26,159 nt of DNA, taken from a virus. Its lineage: Duplodnaviria; Caudoviricetes. The position numbers and the translations under genes were made by a program. The stretch spans positions 1-26,159 of IMG/VR virus record IMGVR_UViG_3300006919_000376. One strand, 5' to 3'. Below the pieces are notes generated by a model that was not told the DNA's origin, made no database searches, and was given only the letters and a program-made list of their open reading frames with translations. This document shows positions 16,497-25,818 of this stretch, one piece after another. How positions within the stretch are numbered: position 1 is the stretch's first letter; the number at the start of each line of letters is the position of its first letter.

Positions 16497-17351
16497 TTAG
16501 TTTAATCGTTTTTCTATATTGGAGTATATCTCCATTCCCTCATCAGTCTTAAACCAAGCGGCTAAGGCTGAATACGGGTGTTCATCAAAAGGAACTGTCA
16601 TTAACTTTCTGTCGTTACTTCCCCATGAGAACGTTCTTTGATCAGAGGATAGTTTGATAATCCCCATCTCCGTAGCTTTAATACCAAAATTTCTAAGTAC
16701 CACATTGTCGTCATTAACAAGTTCTAGGAACAAAGCTGGGTTTTTCTTAGCGTATAATAATAAATCACGCTTAAGCTCCTTAGAACTCATCTCTGATACC
16801 TTAGAACCAATCTCAACTCTCATAACAGCCTCAGCCATGTCGATGTCTAGGTTTTTAGCAGCGTTAAGCGCTTCGATTTCCATTTCTAACCACTCAATTT
16901 GACTAGCTGCTTTCGCGGCTGGCTTCTCTTCGTAAAACATAGTGTCTCTGTCTGGGTGATACAAAGAAAGAAGCTTTTGTAATACTGTTTTTTCTTTTTC
17001 TACTATAAGCATGCCGTTTCTAAACACAATATGCTCTAATCGCTGATCACCTTTCATCTCATCTACAAAGACTGTTCTTTGGTTAGAGCAGTATTTCAAC
17101 TCTCTTTCGTAGCCCTGCTCTTCGTCAAACCAGTGTATATTAGCTCCTTTAATTGATCTTGATAAAGGTTTTTTATTTCCTTTAAGTCTATAAACTCTGT
17201 TTTTAAACTCCCAACCATCTGTTAAAAGCTTTTCTTGATCACTAGCTCTTTTTGGTTTTAATTTTGGCTCCGGTTTTGGAGCTTCAACTACAATTGTTTC
17301 TTCTACGTAGGGCTCTTGAACCTCTACTTTTTTTGTTTGCTTTTTAGCCAT
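16497..17351 (-). CDS. Conserved capsid-adjacent protein of unknown function (284 aa)
   Basis: Clean ORF directly after the major capsid gene. Flexible K/E/P-rich N-terminus, then a globular/helical body. Occupies the position of the conserved post-capsid gene in crAss-like phages. Confidence 0.7.
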   Translation of the reverse strand: MAKKQTKKVEVQEPYVEETIVVEAPKPEPKLKPKRASDQEKLLTDGWEFKNRVYRLKGNKKPLSRSIKGANIHWFDEEQGYERELKYCSNQRTVFVDEMKGDQRLEHIVFRNGMLIVEKEKTVLQKLLSLYHPDRDTMFYEEKPAAKAASQIEWLEMEIEALNAAKNLDIDMAEAVMRVEIGSKVSEMSSKELKRDLLLYAKKNPALFLELVNDDNVVLRNFGIKATEMGIIKLSSDQRTFSWGSNDRKLMTVPFDEHPYSALAAWFKTDEGMEIYSNIEKRLN

Positions 17352-17378
17352 AATATAATATAATAAAAAATTAATATA

Positions 17379-17408
17379 AAACTACCCCACCCGAAGGCAG
17401 GGTAGTTT
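17379..17408 (-). terminator. Rho-independent terminator after the major capsid gene
   Basis: Minus strand AAACTACCCTGCC-TTCG-GGTGGGGTAGTTT: 13-bp stem (two G-U), C(UUCG)G tetraloop, followed by U-rich TATATTAATTTTTT. Confidence 0.85.
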
Positions 17409-17422
17409 CACCAAATATAATC

Positions 17423-18931
17423 TTACTTCATTAACATAAAGTTGTTTGCACCTTGAGTCACTAGACATCTTTCAGACAAGTAGTGAATTTGCATTGCGTC
17501 AAGCGCTGACGTAGTAGCTCCAACAGAACCGGTAACCCAAGTTTTTAACTTACGATTATCAGTAGCAGAAGCTCTGTAACGGACATGTAAGAAAGGACGC
17601 TTAAGGTTCTTGCCTAACGCTTGATCATACACAGTAGATACACCAGCTGGAATTATAACCCCACGAATAGCGGCTGATCCAGCAATACGGTTAATCTCAC
17701 CACGAGTAGCTTTATCGTTCAAGTAACGCATGTCTGACTTATAGAAATCGTAAGATCCACGACGGAATCCAGAGAATCCTAGGTTTAAAGCCATATCTTC
17801 AGAGTTATCAAATACTCCGTAAGAAGTACCACCAGCACCGTAAGAATTCATAGATGCAAGCATGTCATCGATAGCTAGGCTAGTCGCACGGTTTACAAAC
17901 ATCATGTTCTCCTCAATAGCACCTTGCTTATCAAATTCTGCTAGGATAGCGTCAAACTCAGCTAAGTCAGTAGCGGCGTTAACTCCAGTTACACCAGATG
18001 TTACGTTTCCACGAGACTCGATAGCCGCGAATAAACCTTCAGTACCAGCACCGTTTGCACCAGCATCAGCAGCGCCTCTAACTTGACTGTCAGCACCAAA
18101 TCCAATAATAGAACCAGCCACTGTCTTTTCAGACTCAAGCATAGCCATCTCTAAGTAATCAGTGAAACGAGCACGAGTGTCTCCTTCAGCTTTTAGATAC
18201 CATAGATAACCGTTCTGACCTTCTTCACCAGTAACCTCAACCCAACCGATTTGTGAAGCATCAGATCCAGAGATCTCGTAGTAATCCTTCATAATGATTG
18301 GCTTGTTGCTGTATGATTTGAAAGTCGGTGTTAGAGCAGTACGCTTATCAGCTTCAGTAGCACCAGTAATACCAGCGTACTTCGCTCCTTTACCGTACTC
18401 AGAACCTACAACTAATAACACAGAACCACTAGCAGTAGTAGCGTGTCCAGTAAGATCAGCTTTATCATAAGGTTCAACTGTGATCACAGCTGTTGCTGGA
18501 GTCTCTACAACTAAACATTTAGTTACGATACCTGCAGTAGCGATAAGTACGATATCGTTTACACGAACACCGTGATTAGCTACTAAGAAACCGTTTTCAG
18601 TGTCAGCGGAACCATCGATATCAGTCACAACTGTGAATGTACCGTTAGTATCACCAGCAGTAGCTACTGTACCTACGTAAGATAAGTGTAGACGAGATTG
18701 CTCAGACCATACCACTTGATCAGCGGTCATGCTCTCTTCAGCTCCTACTTGTGAAAGGAATCCCGAGATTGTTCTTTGTCCGAACACCTCAGCTTCTTTT
18801 TCCATAAGATCTGGTAAATATTGTTGCTCCCAACCGGTAGAACCGCCTGCGAAGTCAATGTAGTTGCTTGATAAAGTCTGCTGCTGTGCAGAAGGTACTT
18901 TATTTAACAACGCTCCATTTGTAATTGCCAT
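17423..18931 (-). CDS. Major capsid protein (HK97 fold expected; 502 aa)
   Basis: Follows portal and scaffold genes and is followed by a strong terminator. Motifs WEQQYLPDL, VVWSEQSRLH, NKPIIMKDYYEISGSD, WYLKAEGDTRARF, EGLFAAIESRG, LNLGFSGFRRGSYDFYK, HYLSERCL resemble Bacteroidota podovirus capsid proteins. Confidence 0.85.
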   Translation of the reverse strand: MAITNGALLNKVPSAQQQTLSSNYIDFAGGSTGWEQQYLPDLMEKEAEVFGQRTISGFLSQVGAEESMTADQVVWSEQSRLHLSYVGTVATAGDTNGTFTVVTDIDGSADTENGFLVANHGVRVNDIVLIATAGIVTKCLVVETPATAVITVEPYDKADLTGHATTASGSVLLVVGSEYGKGAKYAGITGATEADKRTALTPTFKSYSNKPIIMKDYYEISGSDASQIGWVEVTGEEGQNGYLWYLKAEGDTRARFTDYLEMAMLESEKTVAGSIIGFGADSQVRGAADAGANGAGTEGLFAAIESRGNVTSGVTGVNAATDLAEFDAILAEFDKQGAIEENMMFVNRATSLAIDDMLASMNSYGAGGTSYGVFDNSEDMALNLGFSGFRRGSYDFYKSDMRYLNDKATRGEINRIAGSAAIRGVIIPAGVSTVYDQALGKNLKRPFLHVRYRASATDNRKLKTWVTGSVGATTSALDAMQIHYLSERCLVTQGANNFMLMK

Positions 18932-18953
18932 TTTAAATTGTTTTTAAATTGTT
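18932..18953 (-). repeat. Perfect 11-nt tandem repeat (AACAATTTAAA)x2 filling the scaffold-capsid junction
   Basis: Minus strand T-AACAATTTAAA-AACAATTTAAA-ATG; begins within the scaffold stop codon and ends at the capsid start codon. Confidence 0.85.
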
Positions 18954-20121
18954 ATTTTTTATTTTTCATTTTGAACTTAAAAGAGGCAGAATCATCACCT
19001 AACACTCGAACTTTCATGCCGCCGGTAGTCGTGTCTTTATGTGAACCTCTAGGGTCCATATCAATATTCTTCGACTTCCGAACACTGTCTTTCAGTGCAT
19101 CGGCTTTTCCCTGTTCATAGAAGTGTTGAGCAACTGCATCGGAATTCATAGCTGTATATAATGCCTTGTGGTATCCTTTAGCATCTGAAAGCGATTTATT
19201 TTCATCGACAAACTTTGCCATAAAATTGTTTATATCACTTTGTTTAGCTTTTACACCATCGACATCCTTAACATTGAATCGATATTTTTTTTCTCCGACG
19301 TTGTATTCAAAACCTTTGAATTTGTCGTTAAAAAGATTATTAGTCTTTTGTTCAAAAACATCACTACTACGTTTGACAGCTTGATTAGTCTGCTCTGACT
19401 CTTTATTGTATCGGTTGAAGAAATCAATTGCTTTCTGCTGCTCACCTGTGAGCTTGCTTCCAGCTTTAATCTCTTCGTAGTATTTAGACTTTTGCCCGTC
19501 TAAGTAGGTCTTGGCCTCGGCAACTTGCTCTTTGAGGGCCAATTTTTTACGTTTAATATCTCTTTCGTCATCTATATCTTCATCATATGAAAACCTATCT
19601 TCTATAAGAAAATCGATTTCATCTGAAGCTAGATGCGGTTTAGTTCGTTCGTAATACTCGCGTAACGCTTGTTGATCGTTTAAACCGCTAGTATCTCTGT
19701 TAAGTTTGACATAATCCTCTAAATCTCCACCTGTTTCATCCATGAAGTCTAATAACTTCTGAACGTTCTCAGGTATTTCTTTACCTAGCTCTTCTTGAGC
19801 TACGACAGCTTCTATTACGTCTTCTTCTGTGACAGCTTCCTCATCGGTAACTTCCTCAAGGGTTGGTACCTCTGTATTATCGACTTCTTCTTGTGTAACT
19901 TCTGTGACGATCTCTTCGGATTGAGTTTCGATCTCATCTGCTGTTTCTAGTTCTGATTCTGTTTCTAGCGGTTTACTTAAATCTACTTTAATGACATCTG
20001 GGTCATCTTTACTTTCAAATTTACTTAAATCTACTTCAGGTTTTTGCTCCTCAGCAACCTCTTCTTGAGGTGTTTCTTGGGTGACTTCTTCAATCACTTC
20101 TTTGTTTTCAACTTCTTCCAT
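18952..20121 (-). CDS. Probable capsid scaffolding protein (389 aa)
   Basis: Very acidic, low-complexity N-terminal 110 aa, helical/coiled-coil middle and basic C-terminus. Lies between portal and major capsid genes. Confidence 0.7.
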   Translation of the reverse strand: MEEVENKEVIEEVTQETPQEEVAEEQKPEVDLSKFESKDDPDVIKVDLSKPLETESELETADEIETQSEEIVTEVTQEEVDNTEVPTLEEVTDEEAVTEEDVIEAVVAQEELGKEIPENVQKLLDFMDETGGDLEDYVKLNRDTSGLNDQQALREYYERTKPHLASDEIDFLIEDRFSYDEDIDDERDIKRKKLALKEQVAEAKTYLDGQKSKYYEEIKAGSKLTGEQQKAIDFFNRYNKESEQTNQAVKRSSDVFEQKTNNLFNDKFKGFEYNVGEKKYRFNVKDVDGVKAKQSDINNFMAKFVDENKSLSDAKGYHKALYTAMNSDAVAQHFYEQGKADALKDSVRKSKNIDMDPRGSHKDTTTGGMKVRVLGDDSASFKFKMKNKK

Positions 20122-20150
20122 AATATATAATATAATAGTTATTCAATAAT

Positions 20151-22565
20151 CTACTGTGCTCCAAAGGCTTCTAAGCCAAACCCACCACCTATAGTATCAT
20201 TACCTGCGGATTCAAACTTTTTAGGCGGTTTTCCGCTTTTTCTTTGATCTATAAGTTCACTTTGTTGTGAAGCCTGTATCTTGGTTCTTTCGTCTTTTCT
20301 ATCTTCTTTTTGTTTTTCTCTATCCCTAAGCCCTCCAACCTCGATACCTTTTAATTGCATGTTGTACTGAAACTCAAGTCCCATAAGTTCTTTTTTAGCA
20401 GCCATTTCTAACTGTAGCTTTTGGGCGTCAGCTTGTGATTGAGCTTGAAGTAGTTGAACTTTGCTTTGCGTTATAGCTGATTGCTTTTGAACCTCCGCTT
20501 GAGCTGAAGCTTGAGCAGCCGCTTGATTAGACTGTGTTTGAGCTTGGATGTTTTCTAGTTGTTGCTGCCTGTCACGCTCTATTTTCTTATTACGCCTTAT
20601 TTTTAGTAATTGGTTGGCGAGTTTTAGGTTTTTTACTTCTCTAATATCTATAGCGTCCTCTAACTCAATACCTCCTTGCTGAAGAGCCATTTGAACATTG
20701 TTTTCTAACAACTGCTTTTCTTCTTCGTCAGGAGATAGCTCTATGAAAATACCGAAGTCATGCAAGTGTAACTCTGATACTTCCTCTAGCTTAGCCACAT
20801 TGCGATGACCTATTGACTCGATAAAAGCTTTTTTAGTAGGTGAGTACTCTATAACGTCAGATATTCTTAATGACAGTTTTTCAGCTGTTTCAGCTGTAAG
20901 AAGCAATCCAGCTTGTAGTATATGCCTCGTAGCTGTATTAGAGTTAGCCGCAGCTATTTTTTGTATTCCAACTAAAGCATTTTTATCTGGTGTGCTACCA
21001 TCTCTAGCTTCATTTAAACCCGTTACATCACGGATCATCTGCAGATAGTAATTATATGTCTGTATCAAAGATTGCAACTTAGCACCTTTGCTACTTGATT
21101 GTATTTCTTGGATAGGCACTTTACCAGGATTTATATCACCTTCAGAAGTGAAACTTCTACCTATAACGCTACCCGTTTGGAAGAACATGTTTAGAGCTTC
21201 CTGAGGGTTATAATTAGTACCATTACCTAAATCAACCTCAGCTAATCCATCTGCGTCTAGATAAACACCATCTGGAACCATCTTAGACATAACCTGTTGA
21301 AGCTTGAGGTGCGTAAGCTGTATCATATCGGCAAATCCCGTTATCCTGCTAACTAAACTTTTAATTCTACCTTTATACATCCTAGGAGCAACTATACTGT
21401 AGTTCATTTTAACTTTGTTAAAATCGCTCTTAGAACGTATCATGTTTTTAGACAATTCCCACTTAAGCATTTTATTGCAACCTAAAGCCATAACTCCATC
21501 GTACAGAACCTCTAGTTTCTTAGCCTCTCTAGTGAAGTTACCATCCATATTTTCTGGTGGATTAAACTTGTCGGTTTTTCTTATAGCTTTATCACCGCCA
21601 CTACCAGTCTTTTTAATTTTATAAACCTCACTATTGTAAGTCTTATAGTTAAAATAAAGTACGTGTACAATGTTGTCATCTCTAAGACTGTCACGTGAAC
21701 TATACGAGTATGTGTTATTTTTATTATTCTTGCTAATTATCTCGTCAATTTCGCTGTCTAACAGATCAGGAAACTCTCTAACCAACTCGTTTATCGGTAT
21801 GGCTTTTACTTCACCTACGTAGTATATGTCTTCAAAATAAGGCGATTCAGTATGCGAGTAAACAATATTAGCAGGATCAACATAGTCAACTACGACTCCT
21901 TCCGATTTGTTAAATCCTGTCTTAACAGCTCCAATACCTAAAACAGTTAAATCTTGAAAAAACCTTTTTTTAATTAACTCGTAATTATTTCCTTCCAATA
22001 AAACGCTAATAGCTTGCTCTTCCGCTATTTCAATAGCCTGCTTATACTGCAATTGCATATACAGCTGTAACTCTTCGTTTGACTCAGGTAAAGATGGCAT
22101 ACCACTTTGAGTAGTGTCAACGCCTAATTCCTGCATCATCGTTCCATCAAAACCTTGCATCTGCATATCGCCCGCGACGCTATCCATGAAGTTGTTCCTC
22201 TTTTCTGATCCGCTAGCATCTATGGAAAATGCTTTTATATCGTATGTTCTTTCAGCTATACCATTAACAACTATATCTACAAATTTAGATATAATAGGCA
22301 CAGGCGTCCAATCTAAGTTAAGGTAAGACAAATCACCATTGATAGACAACTCATCTTTATACTTTTGAATAGACTGCTCGCCTCTAGCATATAGTCTAAG
22401 TTTATGAAAATTATTTACGTTAGTAGTATATCTACTAGCGCTAGTTTCTTTACTAAACCACTCAGCACTTATAGCTTTAGCGATTTTCTCTCCGTACTCA
22501 ATAGAGTTCTTCTCGTCATCGCTAACGTTTTGCTTTGGGAAATTAACATGTACTGACTCAGCCAT
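20151..22565 (-). CDS. Portal protein (804 aa)
   Basis: Directly after TerL. Motifs PIISKFVDIVVNG, FFQDLTVLGIG, YVDPANIVYS, SLVSRITGFADMIQLTHLKLQQ, IRDVTGLNEARDG. Long Gln-rich C-terminal coiled coil consistent with a podovirus portal barrel. Confidence 0.85.
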   Translation of the reverse strand: MAESVHVNFPKQNVSDDEKNSIEYGEKIAKAISAEWFSKETSASRYTTNVNNFHKLRLYARGEQSIQKYKDELSINGDLSYLNLDWTPVPIISKFVDIVVNGIAERTYDIKAFSIDASGSEKRNNFMDSVAGDMQMQGFDGTMMQELGVDTTQSGMPSLPESNEELQLYMQLQYKQAIEIAEEQAISVLLEGNNYELIKKRFFQDLTVLGIGAVKTGFNKSEGVVVDYVDPANIVYSHTESPYFEDIYYVGEVKAIPINELVREFPDLLDSEIDEIISKNNKNNTYSYSSRDSLRDDNIVHVLYFNYKTYNSEVYKIKKTGSGGDKAIRKTDKFNPPENMDGNFTREAKKLEVLYDGVMALGCNKMLKWELSKNMIRSKSDFNKVKMNYSIVAPRMYKGRIKSLVSRITGFADMIQLTHLKLQQVMSKMVPDGVYLDADGLAEVDLGNGTNYNPQEALNMFFQTGSVIGRSFTSEGDINPGKVPIQEIQSSSKGAKLQSLIQTYNYYLQMIRDVTGLNEARDGSTPDKNALVGIQKIAAANSNTATRHILQAGLLLTAETAEKLSLRISDVIEYSPTKKAFIESIGHRNVAKLEEVSELHLHDFGIFIELSPDEEEKQLLENNVQMALQQGGIELEDAIDIREVKNLKLANQLLKIRRNKKIERDRQQQLENIQAQTQSNQAAAQASAQAEVQKQSAITQSKVQLLQAQSQADAQKLQLEMAAKKELMGLEFQYNMQLKGIEVGGLRDREKQKEDRKDERTKIQASQQSELIDQRKSGKPPKKFESAGNDTIGGGFGLEAFGAQ

Positions 22566-22567
22566 AT

Positions 22568-24781
22568 TTACTTTATTATTTGGGAATTAAATCCTTTGTT
22601 GTTGTATTTTGATATATTTAGGTTTAGTGGTTGTCTTTCTACTGTAGCGTTCGGAGCGTATAAATGTCTATTACAAGCCATAATAGCTAAACCAGAACTT
22701 ATAGAAGCATCGTGCTTAGTTCTTTTATTTATATCAAACTTAGCCCAATCGTTCAGTAATTCGTTAAAATAAACTGTACCATAATTACCATCGCCAAGAT
22801 GACCTACATGACTCTGTATGTACATCTCGATAGCAGCAGCGTGAGCTTGTTTGATGTCTTCACTTGAGTTTGGTATACCACCAACTTCTTTTTCAGCTGT
22901 TGATAGTTTATTCCAAGTTTTATCTGGTCTATTCATGCTATATCCTCTGTAACCTCTTCGGCGTAAATAATATAGTAATCTAGGTTTATTATTCTCTGCA
23001 AGTAAAGGCATGCCATAAAACACTAATGCCATTAATACATCTTCAAAAAACATCTCCGCGGTTTGTGGTCTCGCTATATATTCTAGGAAAAAAGCACTTG
23101 GTGGCGCGTCTTCCATAGAAAACTTAGTTAATCCGTGGAGCGATCCTTTGGACCCTTTGCCATCGACAGTACCGCTAATATCGTAACTATCACACCCAAA
23201 CGCGCCAATATGATCATTCCCTGGGAACTTAATACCATTTTTTATTATTTGTTTATTCTGTAAATAAGCTGGTGGCACCCAGCTAACTTTAAACCTCCCA
23301 CTTGGATCTGGGTGGAAAACCACCTGTGAATCCTTAATACCGTTAACCCATCCAAAACTTCCAGTAGTAGTGTGAGCAGCGTGTCTACTACCTTCGTTGT
23401 AATCTATCTGCTCATATATCTTCATTAAATTAAAGATACTGTTTTTACTTTCATCTCTAAAAGCGTGCTCAGTAGTTCTAGGGAATTGACGGTAGAATTC
23501 ATTTAAAGCATCTTGATCATCCTTTAAACCGTCCACCTCATTCTCCCAACTATCTACAACGCCTATGTCTATTAGTTCACCGTCTGGTCCCAGTCGTTCT
23601 CCATCACGTGGATTATCAAAGACTGGAAATCCGAATCTGTCAATAAATCCTTCATAGTTCCATTCCATTGGGATAAAGAGAGAATAAAGCCCAGACTTTG
23701 TTTGTCCATTACGATTTCGTTTTGTAACATCTGAATCATTATATAGTTTTTTAAAGTTACTACCTCCCTTGTCCAACGCGTTTGAAGTGGAACCCATAAG
23801 GCATTTCCCTACGATTCTACTTCCAAGTCTCAAGCAAGTTTTTGTTACTCGCCAGTTATTTAGTATATTATCAGGTCTCTCCCACTTACCACTCTCATCG
23901 TGTACTAACAGACTTAACTTTTCACCGTCATAGCTGTTGTCTCCAGTGTTTTTCCAGTCGATCGTTGTGTCAAGACCAGCTAACTCCTCTAGCTTCTCAT
24001 TACTCTGAATTTTCTTACGAGTAAACTTTGTAGAAGGAACCCGATATGCTAACTCAGATTTTGGACGATCCATACCATCCTGTATAGGTTTAAAGAAGAA
24101 AGGGTAATTAATTGATATAGGTACCACTTTATCTGTAAACATTTTCTTCGCATCGGCACCAGACTTAGACAAGATCCCATATCTACTATCACTCGATATA
24201 GTGGCTAAGTTAACTGTTTCTGCAGAGGACATAAAAGAAAAACCTGAACGACGGTTCTTAAGGTAGCACATTCCATAGCATCTTTTATCTGCCTTGCAGG
24301 CTTCCCAGAATATAAAGAATAGTCTATTAGCCTCTCTAAAGTCTGGTGCACCCACGTCGATTTTACTCCATTGAAGATACATATAGTGACTACCGGTTAT
24401 GTACGTCGGTTTACCGTTATTGGTAAACCAAAAACCTTCATCCCTACGTCTAAACTCTTCGTCTATATAGTCATGCCACTTTTCTTTTTGTTCGTCCGGA
24501 TAGGTTCTCCAGTCGAATATAGTTTTTAAACGGCTTAACTCTTTGGGTTGCTCTATCTTACCCCACTTATTGTCTTTATGCTTGAACACTTTAGTGGGTT
24601 TAGGTAGAGCTATCTTAAAACCTTGTATGTCATATATTTCACCTATAACACCAGTTTTAGATAAAACCACTATATCGTGGTCTTTATCGTAACCATACTT
24701 CCACTTCTTACCTCTATTTAATCTTGTAAGAGTGGTTTTCTTTATAGGCTCTATTATTTTTAATAATGTCTGCTCGTACAT
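22568..24781 (-). CDS. terL: Terminase large subunit (737 aa)
   Basis: Walker A-like LKNRRSGFS, Walker B LLVHDESGKW, motif III-like MGSTSN, nuclease acidic motifs AFGCDSYD and KHDASISSG. Confidence 0.92.
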   Translation of the reverse strand: MYEQTLLKIIEPIKKTTLTRLNRGKKWKYGYDKDHDIVVLSKTGVIGEIYDIQGFKIALPKPTKVFKHKDNKWGKIEQPKELSRLKTIFDWRTYPDEQKEKWHDYIDEEFRRRDEGFWFTNNGKPTYITGSHYMYLQWSKIDVGAPDFREANRLFFIFWEACKADKRCYGMCYLKNRRSGFSFMSSAETVNLATISSDSRYGILSKSGADAKKMFTDKVVPISINYPFFFKPIQDGMDRPKSELAYRVPSTKFTRKKIQSNEKLEELAGLDTTIDWKNTGDNSYDGEKLSLLVHDESGKWERPDNILNNWRVTKTCLRLGSRIVGKCLMGSTSNALDKGGSNFKKLYNDSDVTKRNRNGQTKSGLYSLFIPMEWNYEGFIDRFGFPVFDNPRDGERLGPDGELIDIGVVDSWENEVDGLKDDQDALNEFYRQFPRTTEHAFRDESKNSIFNLMKIYEQIDYNEGSRHAAHTTTGSFGWVNGIKDSQVVFHPDPSGRFKVSWVPPAYLQNKQIIKNGIKFPGNDHIGAFGCDSYDISGTVDGKGSKGSLHGLTKFSMEDAPPSAFFLEYIARPQTAEMFFEDVLMALVFYGMPLLAENNKPRLLYYLRRRGYRGYSMNRPDKTWNKLSTAEKEVGGIPNSSEDIKQAHAAAIEMYIQSHVGHLGDGNYGTVYFNELLNDWAKFDINKRTKHDASISSGLAIMACNRHLYAPNATVERQPLNLNISKYNNKGFNSQIIK

Positions 24782-25056
24782 TACTTAGATCTTCCTTCAG
24801 CAAAACCCTTAAAGACATTAGCTTTCTTTTCCTCAGGCTCTCGACCCTCAAGCAAATTCTCTTCTTCTTGGATTCTGGTTAATATCTCAAAGGCGTCGAA
24901 GATAGCCAGCTTTTTTGTAGCGGCAGCGTTCTTGAGTCTATCTGCAGTGATATCATCACCTGAATCAACGATAGCCTCTTTCGCCACCTTGATTAACTCC
25001 TCAACTGCTATCTGTCCAGCTTGGATTATACTCTTCTTCGTCTCCTTGATGTTCAT
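24781..25056 (-). CDS. Probable terminase small subunit (91 aa)
   Basis: Small helical protein translationally coupled to terL by a TAATG overlap at 24781. Assignment rests on position and size only. Confidence 0.5.
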   Translation of the reverse strand: MNIKETKKSIIQAGQIAVEELIKVAKEAIVDSGDDITADRLKNAAATKKLAIFDAFEILTRIQEEENLLEGREPEEKKANVFKGFAEGRSK

Positions 25057-25597
25057 ATTTAATTGTAATAAAATTAGATAATACTCTGTATAGTTTTTGA
25101 CCGTCTACAATAAACTCGAATTCACTGCTAGGTCTAAAACCAATTAGATCACCCTCTTCTACTGTACCATCAGTATACTTGACAACACCAATTAAAGGTC
25201 TCTCTGTTTCAGTGTCAAATTCATCTATAGACTGAAGAGGTTGAACAAAACAATATCCCTTAGGACAAGTCCAATCGCCACCCTCTCTTTTATATAAGTA
25301 TATTTGATCTCTCTCTACTAGATACTTACCTTCTTCAAGGAAGGATCTACTGTTTCTTTCTTTACCTTTTACATCATGCCATCTTCTAAAGACGTTATGG
25401 TGCAAAGTAACTATATCCCCCGTGCGAGGATTTAAAGGAGCTCCAGCTCGAGGTACAGATAAAATCCGCGCCTCTCTGTTTACGTACTGATGATTGTATA
25501 TCTCAGTATTTAATATTAACTCCTTGTCTCCAACTTTCGTGCTATTGTTATATCTATCACCTAAAGGCTCAACAATATAGTTGTAGACTGAATCCAT
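25001..25597 (-). CDS. GroES/Cpn10-like co-chaperonin with two tandem domains (198 aa)
   Basis: EPLGDR...GDKELIL...ARILSVP...GDIVTL...YLVERDQI and FVQPL...GVVKY...VEEGDLIGF...EFIVDGQKLYRVLSNFI each echo the GroES pattern (PLxDRV...GGIIL...VxxGDxVLF...EVKxDGEEYLIL). Confidence 0.6.
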   Translation of the reverse strand: MDSVYNYIVEPLGDRYNNSTKVGDKELILNTEIYNHQYVNREARILSVPRAGAPLNPRTGDIVTLHHNVFRRWHDVKGKERNSRSFLEEGKYLVERDQIYLYKREGGDWTCPKGYCFVQPLQSIDEFDTETERPLIGVVKYTDGTVEEGDLIGFRPSSEFEFIVDGQKLYRVLSNFITIKYEHQGDEEEYNPSWTDSS

Positions 25598-25818
25598 CAG
25601 TACTCAAGATTGTATTCTACCGAGATAGCCATGTTCTTATTAAAATCCTTCCAAGGTATAACCGCTTTATCTTTACGTATATAGATAGAGTACTTATCGT
25701 CCTCCTCTAATATATCACAAATAGTATGACCGCCATACACTTCTTGCCCTACGGCATAGTGCATGGAGTCATTCTTGTAGTCTTTACCTATCGTGATCTT
25801 ACGAATCAGATGGCTCAT
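25597..25818 (-). CDS. Small hypothetical phage protein (73 aa)
   Basis: Overlaps the upstream gene by 20 nt and is coupled to the downstream gene by a TGATG overlap. Predicted beta-rich. Confidence 0.75.
   Translation of the reverse strand: MSHLIRKITIGKDYKNDSMHYAVGQEVYGGHTICDILEEDDKYSIYIRKDKAVIPWKDFNKNMAISVEYNLEY

Noticed and set aside
17412-17419. TATATTTG matching the Bacteroidota -7 promoter element TAnnTTTG just after the capsid stop
   Set aside because: No convincing TTTG -33 element at the right spacing, and it lies immediately upstream of a terminator hairpin. Likely chance.
15684-20153. Possible TAG stop-codon reassignment as in some crAss-like phages; both TAG stops (15687 and 20151) have an in-frame TAA within four codons
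   Set aside because: All genes, including the 9-kb ORF, are intact under code 11 with no internal TAG or TGA. Back-up TAA codons are expected in AT-rich spacers.
73-24024. Short plus-strand ORFs and alternative-frame minus-strand ORFs in the track (e.g. 73-324, 149-385, 712-939, 3741-4169, 5835-6146, 6509-6697, 19251-19445, 23842-24024)
   Set aside because: All lie within or across long, motif-bearing minus-strand genes and have shadow-frame compositions with no recognisable motifs.
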